This document shows positions 1-10,037 of a stretch of DNA of 64,000 nt, one piece after another. The notes under the pieces are model-generated. The model was given only the letters and a program-made list of their open reading frames with translations. It was not told where the DNA came from and made no database searches. Made by a program: the position numbers and the translations under genes. Numbering within the stretch: the first letter of the stretch is position 1; every line of letters starts with the position of its first letter. Source of the stretch: Candidatus Latescibacterota bacterium (GTDB taxonomy: Bacteria; Latescibacterota; UBA2968); the NCBI GenBank assembly GCA_965222605.1, contig OZ244960.1, positions 5,632,001-5,696,000 on the forward strand, given 5' to 3'.

Positions 1-2
1 AA

Positions 3-587
3 GAGGGGATCGACGGGCTGGTGCATATTTCCGACATGTCCTGGACCAAGCGCATTCGCCATCCAAGCGAAGTAATAAAAAAGGGCCAGGAATTGGATAT
101 TGTCGTGCTCAATATCGACAAAGAGCGGCGGCGCATCTCGTTGGGGCACAAACAGACCATTGAAAATCCCTGGGCGAAACTGGCTGTTACCTATGCGGTG
201 GGCAATGCCGTAGAAGGTACTATTTCGCGTATTCTCGAACGCGGGGTGGTCGTTGACCTCGAAGGCCATGTAGAGGGATTTGTGCCGGTCTCCCAACTGG
301 GTATTGACGATCTTCAACGTCCCGATGAATATTTTGAAGAAGGCGATGGGATGCCGCTGAAAGTCGTGGAGTTTGACGAAGATCAAAAGAAAATTGTATT
401 GAGCGTGCGAGAGCGTTTGCGCGATGCCGATCAAGATGAAATCGACGCTTTTCAAGCTGCACATCCTCGCCGCGCAGAAGTGGAAGCAGAAGCGGAGGTA
501 GAAGTGGAAGCAGAAGCTGAGGTGGAAGAAGCAGTGGAAGCAGAAGCGGAAGTAGAGGAAAAAGCACAGAGCAGCAAAGAGGAATAA
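3..587 (+). CDS. rpsA: 30S ribosomal protein S1, C-terminal part (5' end outside window), with acidic AEVE-repeat tail
   Basis: EGIDGLVHISDMSW...RRISLGHKQ and GVVVDLEGHVEGFVPVSQL are S1 repeats; frame open to window start. Confidence 0.93.
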   Translation, partial: EGIDGLVHISDMSWTKRIRHPSEVIKKGQELDIVVLNIDKERRRISLGHKQTIENPWAKLAVTYAVGNAVEGTISRILERGVVVDLEGHVEGFVPVSQLGIDDLQRPDEYFEEGDGMPLKVVEFDEDQKKIVLSVRERLRDADQDEIDAFQAAHPRRAEVEAEAEVEVEAEAEVEEAVEAEAEVEEKAQSSKEE

Positions 588-667
588 GATTGCTCAGATG
601 TGTCAGGAGGTACAAAGCGTTGGGGCATATCGTCTCAACGCTTTGTTTTTTCAAATGGCTGGGTTTC

Positions 668-2023
668 ATGCGAGATCAAAAGACAGTTGCGTTTTATACG
701 CTTGGTTGTAAGCTCAATACCTACGACACACAGTGGTATGCCGAGCAGTTTGTGGCGCAGGGGTATCGCGAGGTACCGTTTGGCGAGTTGGCAGATGTTA
801 CTGTCGTCAATACCTGCACTGTGACAGGTCAAGGGGACGCGCAGTCGCGCAAGGCATTGCGCAAAGCGCATCGGATTTCGCCCACAGGTACCGTGGTCGC
901 GGTGGGGTGTTATGCACAAACCGATCCCGATGCCCTATCTGCAATGCCCGAAGTCGATCTGGTGGTCGGAACAGTAGAGCGGACGCAACTTCTCGACCTG
1001 GTAAATAATACCTGTTCTTTGGGGCGCACATTTGTGACGCGCAGTCGCACAGCTGATTTTCAGGATATGGATATTTACAATTTTGGCGGGCGCGCTCGGG
1101 CTTTTGTCAAAATTCAGGAAGGGTGTAACGAATTTTGCTCGTTTTGCATTATTCCGTTTGCGCGTGGGCGCAGTCGCAGTCGGACAATTGAGAGTACCTT
1201 GTCGCAGGTTGAAAAGTTGGTGGCAGCAGGCTATAGAGAGGTGGTGCTGACGGGGGTACATATTGGCGATTACGGCGTGGATTTGGAGGAGCGCGACTTG
1301 TTGCAGGTGCTGGAGGCTATTGAGCGGGTTAACGGATTAGAACGCTTTCGCGTGAGTTCAATTGAAGCGACTTATGTGACCGATGCCATGATCGATTTTT
1401 TTGCGTCGAGCCAGAAGTTTTGCAGGCATTTGCATATTCCATTGCAAAGCGGTGACAATGGTGTGTTGAAGGCGATGCGCCGTCCCTATACGCGGGGGCA
1501 GTATATTGCGCTGATTGAAAAACTCGCAGATCGGATTCCCGATGTGGGCATTGGCGGCGATGTGATGGTGGGGTTCCCCGGCGAGTCGGATGAGGCATTT
1601 CAAAATACGCGCGATTTGATTGCCAATTATCCCATGACGTATTTGCACGTATTTCCGTATTCGCCGCGCGGCAAAACGCCTGCAGCGCGCCTGCAAAACC
1701 AGGTTGATCCACGGGTGAAAAAGCAACGCGGCGCAATACTTCGCAAATTGGGACAGCAACAGGTGGCGGCATTTCAAGCGCGGTTTATTGGGCGCACATT
1801 GCCCGTGCTTTTTGAAAACCGCCGCAATGGACAGCTTTTACAGGGGTTGACCGATAATTATATCCGCGTGGTTGCACCAGCCCCAGATGCCGCGTGCGAA
1901 CAGATTGTCGATGTGCGCTTGCAGCGGGCTGAAGACGATGTGGTCGTCGGAGAATTGGCGGGTTTTGAGCGCGAAATAGTGCAGCATCACGCGCGGGAAT
2001 TATTACAAGTGCAAAGTGCATAA
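668..2023 (+). CDS. mtaB: tRNA threonylcarbamoyladenosine methylthiotransferase (radical SAM)
   Basis: TLGCKLN, VNTCTVT, KIQEGCNEFCSFC (CxxxCxxC), GxTDNY tail typical of MtaB; ATG at 668 preferred over 590. Confidence 0.9.
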   Translation: MRDQKTVAFYTLGCKLNTYDTQWYAEQFVAQGYREVPFGELADVTVVNTCTVTGQGDAQSRKALRKAHRISPTGTVVAVGCYAQTDPDALSAMPEVDLVVGTVERTQLLDLVNNTCSLGRTFVTRSRTADFQDMDIYNFGGRARAFVKIQEGCNEFCSFCIIPFARGRSRSRTIESTLSQVEKLVAAGYREVVLTGVHIGDYGVDLEERDLLQVLEAIERVNGLERFRVSSIEATYVTDAMIDFFASSQKFCRHLHIPLQSGDNGVLKAMRRPYTRGQYIALIEKLADRIPDVGIGGDVMVGFPGESDEAFQNTRDLIANYPMTYLHVFPYSPRGKTPAARLQNQVDPRVKKQRGAILRKLGQQQVAAFQARFIGRTLPVLFENRRNGQLLQGLTDNYIRVVAPAPDAACEQIVDVRLQRAEDDVVVGELAGFEREIVQHHARELLQVQSA

Positions 2024-2042
2024 CGCGAAATTTGGACATGAC

Positions 2043-2077
2043 AGGCCGATTCCAAAGGGAATTGGCCTTTTTTTTTT
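2043..2077 (+). terminator. Rho-independent terminator after mtaB
   Basis: aggccgattcc-aaag-ggaattggcct hairpin followed by T run. Confidence 0.85.
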
Positions 2078-2166
2078 CGAAATTCTGAGTATATTCCCGA
2101 TGAGAAAGAATTTTTGTATTTGTTAAAGGCGATTATTGCGATCTAACAAAACAAAGGAGTGAGGTT

Positions 2167-2733
2167 ATGTCTTTTGACACAGGTGCTTATGGCAATGTTT
2201 TTGCGGGATTGATTTCCGAGAAGCGGTTGAATCCACTGGATGGCGGCGAAGAGAATACCGCGGCGAAAAGCGCACTCGACGCGCTGACTGTGGCGTCTGC
2301 ATTTGCCGGCAAAACAGTGGTGGATGAAGATATGGCACGGGTCTGTATTTCTGGTATGTTGTTGTATCACAACTTTTTAGATACGTCTCACACCATCAGT
2401 CAGGGTATTCACACAGCGACAGGAAGTTATTGGCACGGCATCATGCATCGCCGCGAACCCGATTTTTCCAATTCAAAATACTGGTTTGGCAAAGTGGGCA
2501 ACCACGCCATTTTTGATGATTTGTGCAAGGCGGCGGCCAGCATTGCAGGTGGCGTTTCCGGCGCGCCAGAGTTTTTGACGACGCAAGCACATTGGGATGC
2601 AGGTGCCTATGTCGATCTGTGTGCCGATGCTCTTGAAGGGCGTTCTGCACACGATGCGCTTTGCCGCGAAATCCAATTGCGCGAGTGGGAGTTGTTGTTT
2701 GATTATTCGTATCGAAAAGCGGTAGGGGAATGA
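2167..2733 (+). CDS. conserved hypothetical protein
   Basis: RBS (aaggag/gagg) upstream; SHTISQ..GSYWHGIMHRREPDFSNSKYWF motif of an uncharacterised family. Confidence 0.75.
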   Translation: MSFDTGAYGNVFAGLISEKRLNPLDGGEENTAAKSALDALTVASAFAGKTVVDEDMARVCISGMLLYHNFLDTSHTISQGIHTATGSYWHGIMHRREPDFSNSKYWFGKVGNHAIFDDLCKAAASIAGGVSGAPEFLTTQAHWDAGAYVDLCADALEGRSAHDALCREIQLREWELLFDYSYRKAVGE

Positions 2734-2753
2734 GAAGCCTTTAGAGGATTGGG

Positions 2754-5378
2754 ATGGCGACACACACAACACCAGCGATGGAGCAATACGCGCGTTTTAA
2801 GGAGCAGCATCCGGATGCGATTTTGCTATTTCGGATGGGCGATTTTTACGAGATGTTTTACGATGATGCCGTTGTTGCATCTCAGCTTTTGGGTTTGACA
2901 TTGACATCGCGCAACAATGGGCGTGCAGATCGCATCCCACTGGCAGGTGTTCCGTATCACGCGCTGGATACCTATCTCGCAAGACTCATCAGAGCCGGAA
3001 AAAAGGTGGCGATTTGCGAGCAGATGGAGCCGCCGCAAAAGGGCAAAAAAGTGGTGCGCCGAGAGGTGGTGCAGGTTGTATCGCCGGGAACGGTAATGTC
3101 CGATGATTTGCTCGATCAGAAGCGCAATAATTACCTCGTGGGCATTTTTGTTTCTGACGATCAATTGGGCATGGCAACAGCGGATTTATCAACGGGAATG
3201 TTCCGGGCATCGGAACGCGCGGCTGATGATTTATGGGAGATATTGGAGCGCGTGGCTCCCGCAGAGGTGCTGGCACCTGAGTCGTGGGCCAAAGACAACG
3301 AAGCCGAGTTTGAAGCGCGGATGCCGGATGCATTGCTCACGCATATAGAAGATTGGCATTTTGGACAGCATTATGCGTACGATGCGCTAAAGGAACATTT
3401 CAAGGTGGCGTCTCTCAAGGGCTTCGGATGCGATGATCTCACCGTTGGGATATGCGCCGCGGGTGGGGTGCTGTGTTATTTGCGCGAAAATCAGAAGGGA
3501 GCCGTATCCCACATTACGCGATTGGCGCGCGAACACACCGGGTCAGTTATGGAACTGGATCTGGTGACACAGCGCAATTTGGAACTGGTTACTACTATTC
3601 AAGAGGGACGGCGCGAGGGCACGCTATTTGGGGTTTTAGATCAGACGTGTACGCCTCAGGGCGCGCGAACGCTGCGTACATGGTTATCACAGCCACTTGT
3701 GGATGTCCGCCGCATTGAAGCGCGCTTAGATGCAGTGCAAGCATTTGTCGAATCCGCGTCGCATCGGGATGAGGCGCGCGAAGCCCTGCGCCGCGTTGGA
3801 GACCTGGAGCGGTTGATGTCCCGAATTTGTTGCAATCGGGCAAATCCGCGCGAGCTTGTGGCTCTTCGGCGGTCTTTAGAAGCGGTTGTTCCCCTCCGAG
3901 AAACCCTGCGTGAATTTCGCGCGGATTTGCTGGCGCGGGCGCGCGATCAGGGTATGCCCGACCTGACAGAGTTGATTGATTTGATCGCTCGCACGCTTGA
4001 AGATGATCCACCCGTTCAGATTAGCGATGGCGGATATATCAGAGCGGGCTATCACAAAGAACTGGATGAATTGCGGGAAATCGCCTCGGGCGGGCGCAAT
4101 TGGGTTGCCAATTTGCAGGCAGATGAACGCGAGAAAACGGGTATCGCGTCGTTGAAGGTGGGGTATAATAAGGCATTTGGATATTATATTGAGGTCACCA
4201 AGGCCAATCAGGATAAGGTGCCCGCGTATTTTGTGCGCAAGCAAACACTGGTCAATGCCGAGCGATATATCACGCCTGAGTTAAAGGATTGGGAGGCGAA
4301 AATTTTGGGCGCTGATGAGCGGGCCAAAGATCTCGAACGCGATTTGTTTGCCGCGTTGCGCGAAGAGGTGGCCGGTTGGGTGGAACCCGTGCAGCGCACG
4401 GCACTATCCGTGGCAACGGTAGATGTGCTGGGTACTTTGGCCGAGGTGGCGTCCTCCAATGATTATGTGCGTCCTCAGGTGGATGATAGCGTGCGTATTG
4501 ATGTGAAAGAAGGCCGACATCCCGCGGTTGAACAGTTGCTTCCGGGCGGTAATTTTGTGCCCAATGATTTGACGACTGATGGCGAAAACGATCAAATTCT
4601 GCTGATTACCGGTCCAAATATGTCGGGGAAATCGACGATTTTGCGCCAGACCGGGTTGATTGTGCTTTTGGCACAGGTCGGCAGTTTTGTACCGGCGCGC
4701 GAAGCGCGTATTGGGATGGTGGATCGCATTTTTACACGGGTGGGTGCATCCGATAATCTGGCGCGGGGCGAGAGTACGTTTTTGGTGGAGATGAATGAGG
4801 CGGCGAATATTTTGAATAATGCGACGCCGAAAAGTCTGGTGCTTTTGGACGAAATTGGACGCGGGACGAGTACGTTTGACGGGCTGAGCATTGCGTGGGC
4901 AATGACGGAGTATTTGCACAATGCCGAACAGATTCAGCCGCGGACGTTGTTTGCGACGCATTATCACGAGTTGACAGAATTGGAGGATTTGCTGCCGCGG
5001 GTGGTGAATTACAGCGTTGCCGTGCGCGAGTCGGGCGATACCATCGCGTTTTTGCATAAATTGGTGCCGGGCGGGTGCGATCACAGCTACGGTATTGAGG
5101 TGGCGCGCCTGGCCGGGATGCCAGCAGAGATGATTGCGCGTGCAAAGGAGATTTTGACTCGACTGGAGCAAAACGATCTGTCGGTGGGATCAAAACCCCA
5201 ACCCGATCGCGTGAAGGAGAACGGGCAGATGCCTCTGTTTGCGCCAGCAGCAGAAGTAAAGGTTGAAACGAAAGATCACCCGATGCTGTCTGAGTTGCGC
5301 GATTTAGACATCGCCCATCTCACGCCGGTTGAGGCGCTGGTAAAATTGGATGCGTGGAAGCGGGCGTTGGAAGAATGA
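2754..5378 (+). CDS. mutS: DNA mismatch repair protein MutS
   Basis: TPAMEQY, FRMGDFYEMF, GPNMSGKST, STFLVEM, DEIGRGTSTFDG, SYGIEVARLAG. Confidence 0.98.
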   Translation: MATHTTPAMEQYARFKEQHPDAILLFRMGDFYEMFYDDAVVASQLLGLTLTSRNNGRADRIPLAGVPYHALDTYLARLIRAGKKVAICEQMEPPQKGKKVVRREVVQVVSPGTVMSDDLLDQKRNNYLVGIFVSDDQLGMATADLSTGMFRASERAADDLWEILERVAPAEVLAPESWAKDNEAEFEARMPDALLTHIEDWHFGQHYAYDALKEHFKVASLKGFGCDDLTVGICAAGGVLCYLRENQKGAVSHITRLAREHTGSVMELDLVTQRNLELVTTIQEGRREGTLFGVLDQTCTPQGARTLRTWLSQPLVDVRRIEARLDAVQAFVESASHRDEAREALRRVGDLERLMSRICCNRANPRELVALRRSLEAVVPLRETLREFRADLLARARDQGMPDLTELIDLIARTLEDDPPVQISDGGYIRAGYHKELDELREIASGGRNWVANLQADEREKTGIASLKVGYNKAFGYYIEVTKANQDKVPAYFVRKQTLVNAERYITPELKDWEAKILGADERAKDLERDLFAALREEVAGWVEPVQRTALSVATVDVLGTLAEVASSNDYVRPQVDDSVRIDVKEGRHPAVEQLLPGGNFVPNDLTTDGENDQILLITGPNMSGKSTILRQTGLIVLLAQVGSFVPAREARIGMVDRIFTRVGASDNLARGESTFLVEMNEAANILNNATPKSLVLLDEIGRGTSTFDGLSIAWAMTEYLHNAEQIQPRTLFATHYHELTELEDLLPRVVNYSVAVRESGDTIAFLHKLVPGGCDHSYGIEVARLAGMPAEMIARAKEILTRLEQNDLSVGSKPQPDRVKENGQMPLFAPAAEVKVETKDHPMLSELRDLDIAHLTPVEALVKLDAWKRALEE
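5285..5370 (+). repeat. mutS 3' end, copy 1 of a degenerate direct repeat (copy 2 at 9901-9985)
   Basis: cccatctcacgccggttgaggcgctggtaaaattggatgcgtggaagcgggcgttgg vs cccatctcacgccagttgaagcgctggtaaaattagatgcgtggaagcaggcgttgg. Confidence 0.9.
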
Positions 5379-5394
5379 TTTGGAGATAGATGAA

Positions 5395-5763
5395 ATGGTA
5401 ACCGTTGATTTGCGGAAGGAAGCAAGACAGATTCTCGATGGGCTTTCCGATGAGAGTTTGGAGGTGGTAGTCAAGTTGCTGAGTTCTCTCAAAGATCGAG
5501 AGTGTCCCAAACGGACTGATCTGTTGTCAATCTATCCGTGGGTGCGTTACCTATCCGATGCGGAATGCAACGAATTTTTCGAGGAACTCTCAAATGCCGC
5601 AAAGGACAATGGTACAGGTGTTGATGAAGTGGTCAACGCCTGGCGGGAGACAGCAGAAATTCTCGCCGCCCCTGACACAATGGCCGACATTGCCGAATCA
5701 GAAAAACAACTCGCAAATGGTGAGGGGGTTTCTTGGGACAGGGTGAAGCAAAACGCAATATAG
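5395..5763 (+). CDS. small protein, antitoxin-like (orphan)
   Basis: ggag RBS at 5381; C-terminal AWRETAEILAAPDTMADIAESEKQLANGEGVSW resembles Phd/YefM-type antitoxin tails; no adjacent toxin. Confidence 0.5.
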   Translation: MVTVDLRKEARQILDGLSDESLEVVVKLLSSLKDRECPKRTDLLSIYPWVRYLSDAECNEFFEELSNAAKDNGTGVDEVVNAWRETAEILAAPDTMADIAESEKQLANGEGVSWDRVKQNAI

Positions 5764-5804
5764 GCTTTTTTGACCATCTTTTAGTATTGTGATTCGAGAA
5801 ATAA

Positions 5805-8800
5805 ATGGCAGAGCATCAGGAAGAAAAACAAGTCCTAACAGCAGATCCCAAGCGTCAAGCAAATGACGCGCTAAGGGGATACGTCTATCAAATCTGGCAC
5901 AGTGTGCATGCTTGGATCAGCCTTGATGAAGATGAAATCCTCTATCTGGAAGGAGCGGAAGACTTTGACCAGGTATCAGATGACACTGCTACGGCAGTGC
6001 AAGTCAAAGACACGCAACACAAGATTACGCTCAGATCTCAGGAAGTGAATGACGCGATTAGTCACTATTGGGATTTGCAAGCCAATCATCCTGATCTGAG
6101 TGTGAAATTTCGTTTTCTCACCCGATCTAAGATTGGTGCGGAACGAGGTAATCCATTTGGAAAAGGACAGATGGGTCTTCATGTATGGAGCCATTGTTCG
6201 AGTGATGAAGCAGCTATCACAAAAATCTCCAAATTTTTACAAAATGAAGGGAAAATATCAAAGGAAGTAGATGATTTTCTGAAAAATTCGACACCTCAAG
6301 AAATTTATGAACGTCTCATTGAACCTATTTCTTGGGAGACAGATAGTAAAGAAGCCAGTTTTGTTGAGAAATCCATAAGTGATAAACTGATTCTTCATGG
6401 TCATCAATACGGAATCCCACCATCTGCTGCCAGCAAAGTTGTTGATCATCTTATCAAAGAAGCCTTGCTGGTCGCAACACAAAAGGAAAAACGCGAGCTT
6501 ACCCTAGTGCGTTTTCTCGAAATTTTTGAGGAGAAAACAACTCAAAGGGTTCCAATTCAGCATTTACAGGCACTACAAATGCAGACCACAATGGCGGATT
6601 CCTTTAGAGCATTATCCATGGGGGGTTCGTCTGATATTACTATTCAATCTCAGTCTCGCATACTAACGACTATCCCACCCCTTTATCCCGATGTTACTCC
6701 AAGAAAAGATTTGCTCACAAGCATCCAGGCTCAACTCCAATCAGAGGGTATAGCTGTAATCCAGGGAGGATCGGGAAGAGGGAAGACCACACTCGCAAAC
6801 TTGACCGCAAGTGCTCTAAGCGGTTCATGGTTTTGGTTGAATTTCCCTAATAGTGATTCATCACAGAATGTCCAACTTTTACAGCAACTTGCTATTGCAG
6901 TAAGTAATCAATCCTCACCGGTCAACATCGTCCTTGATGACCTGAACTTACAACCTCAAGAGTTGCGGCAGTATGAAGAAATTTTGGGTGTCATCGTTTA
7001 TAGGGTAAGGGAACGTGGTGCAAAATTGTTGATCACAAGCCAAAATAAGCTACCCAATAATCTCATCCGTCGCCTCGGTATACCACAGTCTGTATCCATC
7101 CATGTTCCTGACTTTACCATATCCGAAATTGAGCAATTTGCACAACAATTGGGATGCCCCCCTGATCGCGCAAATCCTTCGGCAAAATTGATTCAATTCC
7201 ATACCGGAGGGCATCCGAGACTGGTACACGCTCGACTCGATCAATTAAGAGAGACAGACTGGCAGCAATATAAAAACGAAAGTATCTTGCAAACACCTCC
7301 AGAAGTGATAGAAGAGCGTGAAGAAGCGCGACAATTGCTTATAGACTTGCCAGAAGATCAGCGAGAATTTCTCTATAGGCTTAGTTTGCTATCTACCGCA
7401 TTTAGGAAAGATTATGCACACAACATTGGCGAGATACCAGAATCCATACCCTATCCAGGTGATGTTTTTAGCCAACTGGTCGGTCCTTGGATAGATCCAG
7501 TAAATGAAACATACTACACAATCTCCCCTTTGTTGGATAACGCGGCCAAGCAGGTTTGGTCGGAAAGCAAGATAAATGACCTCCACACCCAGATTGCAAA
7601 TGCAGTCCTCAAAGCAACGGATCTAACCACAATAGAAGCGCGGGCTGTTCTCGTACATAGTATGCAAGGACAGAACCAAAAAGGTCTTACTGCTATTCTT
7701 CAGGCATTGCTTGCCACGCCAGAGAGCAAGTGGTACCAACTTAGCCAAGAATTCTCATGGTTGATACACGTCAAAATCGACCCCTCTAAAAAATTATTTA
7801 TTGGGGACGCCTTTATAAATCATCTATTTCGGTCATTGCAATATCGCATTGCGGTTGAGGTGGAACCTGAGTTTGCGCCGAAGATACTTGAAATTTGGGA
7901 TAAAGAAATCCAGCCATACGAGCCGCATAAGTCATATCTGCTGTGTCGCCTAACGCTGGCGACACAGGCATTGGTGTATTGTCAAGTGCCACTATCAGTA
8001 AAACAGATGGTAGGCTATCTCAAAGAAATTATTGATATAAAAGACTATGATAAAGAGGTACAAGAAATATATGGTAACTTTGAGGGACAATTAGAAGAAC
8101 CTGGAACTGATAAAGCCAATTTTTTGAGCACCTTATTTAGCTTTATCTTGGCGCGCCCTCCTATCTATGCTCCAGACCTCAGCGACCTTATTGATGCACT
8201 GGATGAGATTCAACCTAACCATAGGGCTTTATTATTAGCTAATTTCGAGAATGACGGCACTGATTCTCGGATTTTGGTTGATGGTATCTGGGTGGGGGAA
8301 TCAGGCCTTAAGCAGCCCAATTGGACAAGATGCCTTCAAGTATATGACAAACTAATTGAAAGAACCATCGATTGGGGCTATCCTCATATTGCTGCGACAG
8401 TTGCAAGACGTAAAGCCATCATCCATAATGAATACTTGCACGACCCGGATACTGCCTATAAAGTTCTTCAAGATATGGAAACAACAGTGGGGATATCATC
8501 AGTAATAGAAGAAGGACGGGCTGCAGTCTATTTTTATCATAACCATTACAAAGAAGCACTCAATATTTACGAGCGTATTCTCTCGGAATGGGACCCATCT
8601 TCAAAAAAGTTAGGCTTGTTACCTTCAAATTGGTGTCGTCAAGCTGCTATCTGTGCTGCTCATTTGGGTAATTGGGAAAAAGCGGCTACCTTCTTTGAAG
8701 ATGGGGCAAAAAGAGCTAAAGAGAATTATGGCACTGAACAATATATTGGTTTATATGCAGATGCGGGATTCGCGCAGTTTAAGGCAGGCAATGTCCGGGA

Positions 8801-9881
8801 TAGTCTGAATTTGTTGAGTGTGGCACTACAAGAATTTGATATGCTTCCTCAAGATGATACAGATGTTGGATATTTTACATTAAAAAAACTTTTAGGATAT
8901 TCAATAACCTGGTTGGCACAACAAAATAAAAAGAATAAAATCAAATCAGAAGAACCTCCACCAGGCTTCTGCAGTGATCCTGCCAGGTCTGACGAAATTA
9001 TGAACTACCCAAATTTTCCTATACAATATGCGTGGCTTCATTTAGCTCAAGTAGAGTATCAATTCAATTTAGGAATGACAATTTTTGAGCAGGCATTACA
9101 GGTTATAGACCAAAATGTATATCCAGTATTAAGATCGTCCCTTGTTTTCCTCAAAGCACAGCAGGACTTTAGAAACAAGACCTTTGATGAACTTCCACAA
9201 CGTATGTGTCAATTAGCGGATGCATATGTCTCAGCACAGAAGCATGAACAAAGTGGAAAAGGAATAGAAGAAAAGGGAGTTTATGTTGTATCTACCGCTG
9301 AGTTATCCAATTTCGCCTCTGTCGAGAACATCATTGATATGCTGGTAGCAGCCCTTCTTGTTCAACTGTCAACAAATAGAGATACGAATGAGATTTTGTC
9401 TATATGGCATGCGAACTCGTCAGAGTTACCTGTACAAAAAAATATGACTATTGCTCTTGATCTGATTGAATCAATGTTATTTGGAGAAGAGAAGAATGCT
9501 CTGGCAGTAATGAGAACAAAAGAAGCCAAAAAAGAAGATCGAATTATAGCATCATTAAAAATAATTCATAATACGAAAATAGATCCACAACATCTTTTTT
9601 CTGCTCACACACTTATTACGACTTCTCTCATTGATCAAAGCTGGGGCGAGTATATTGTGACAGATTTAGCAGAACTCCTTTCGAAACAATGGCTAAAAAA
9701 AATAGAATTTCAAGCAATCTTAAATATGCCTATGATTACAGTGCCTCAGATAGAGCAAGCCTGCAACAGTAGTGAGGCTGGAAAGAAAAAAATCGGTCAA
9801 ATTTTACTCGCGGCACATCAAGCTGTCTCAGTCCAATTATCTCCTGATATTTTACAGCAGTTTCGCAGTTGGGTAGAATGA
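5805..9881 (+). CDS. putative antiviral STAND NTPase (Avs-like): N-terminal PD-(D/E)xK/Cap4-like nuclease, P-loop NTPase, helical/TPR-like C-terminus
   Basis: ALRGYVYQ..EGAEDFD..VQVK nuclease motif; Walker A GGSGRGKT; Walker B IVLDD; GGHPRLV (GxP); long helical C-terminus; visibly AT-richer than mutS. Confidence 0.72.
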   Translation: MAEHQEEKQVLTADPKRQANDALRGYVYQIWHSVHAWISLDEDEILYLEGAEDFDQVSDDTATAVQVKDTQHKITLRSQEVNDAISHYWDLQANHPDLSVKFRFLTRSKIGAERGNPFGKGQMGLHVWSHCSSDEAAITKISKFLQNEGKISKEVDDFLKNSTPQEIYERLIEPISWETDSKEASFVEKSISDKLILHGHQYGIPPSAASKVVDHLIKEALLVATQKEKRELTLVRFLEIFEEKTTQRVPIQHLQALQMQTTMADSFRALSMGGSSDITIQSQSRILTTIPPLYPDVTPRKDLLTSIQAQLQSEGIAVIQGGSGRGKTTLANLTASALSGSWFWLNFPNSDSSQNVQLLQQLAIAVSNQSSPVNIVLDDLNLQPQELRQYEEILGVIVYRVRERGAKLLITSQNKLPNNLIRRLGIPQSVSIHVPDFTISEIEQFAQQLGCPPDRANPSAKLIQFHTGGHPRLVHARLDQLRETDWQQYKNESILQTPPEVIEEREEARQLLIDLPEDQREFLYRLSLLSTAFRKDYAHNIGEIPESIPYPGDVFSQLVGPWIDPVNETYYTISPLLDNAAKQVWSESKINDLHTQIANAVLKATDLTTIEARAVLVHSMQGQNQKGLTAILQALLATPESKWYQLSQEFSWLIHVKIDPSKKLFIGDAFINHLFRSLQYRIAVEVEPEFAPKILEIWDKEIQPYEPHKSYLLCRLTLATQALVYCQVPLSVKQMVGYLKEIIDIKDYDKEVQEIYGNFEGQLEEPGTDKANFLSTLFSFILARPPIYAPDLSDLIDALDEIQPNHRALLLANFENDGTDSRILVDGIWVGESGLKQPNWTRCLQVYDKLIERTIDWGYPHIAATVARRKAIIHNEYLHDPDTAYKVLQDMETTVGISSVIEEGRAAVYFYHNHYKEALNIYERILSEWDPSSKKLGLLPSNWCRQAAICAAHLGNWEKAATFFEDGAKRAKENYGTEQYIGLYADAGFAQFKAGNVRDSLNLLSVALQEFDMLPQDDTDVGYFTLKKLLGYSITWLAQQNKKNKIKSEEPPPGFCSDPARSDEIMNYPNFPIQYAWLHLAQVEYQFNLGMTIFEQALQVIDQNVYPVLRSSLVFLKAQQDFRNKTFDELPQRMCQLADAYVSAQKHEQSGKGIEEKGVYVVSTAELSNFASVENIIDMLVAALLVQLSTNRDTNEILSIWHANSSELPVQKNMTIALDLIESMLFGEEKNALAVMRTKEAKKEDRIIASLKIIHNTKIDPQHLFSAHTLITTSLIDQSWGEYIVTDLAELLSKQWLKKIEFQAILNMPMITVPQIEQACNSSEAGKKKIGQILLAAHQAVSVQLSPDILQQFRSWVE

Positions 9882-9900
9882 ATATCCTGTTATTAAATCG

Positions 9901-9985
9901 GCTGTCTGAATCAGATGATTTAGACTAACCCATCTCACGCCAGTTGAAGCGCTGGTAAAATTAGATGCGTGGAAGCAGGCGTTGG
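9901..9985 (+). repeat. diverged copy of mutS 3' end
   Basis: aligns to 5285-5370; encodes HLTPVEALVKLDAWKQALA*. Confidence 0.9.
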
Positions 9986-10037
9986 CATAGGACTCTTAAC
10001 ATGGCTCTTGAAACGGTGTGAGAATGGAGGAAAAATT

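Noticed and set aside
4404-5171. 255-aa minus-strand ORF
   Set aside because: Antisense to mutS.
9969-10037. Longer start for the TIR gene
   Set aside because: Starts inside the mutS tail copy; ATG 10038 has a ggagg RBS.
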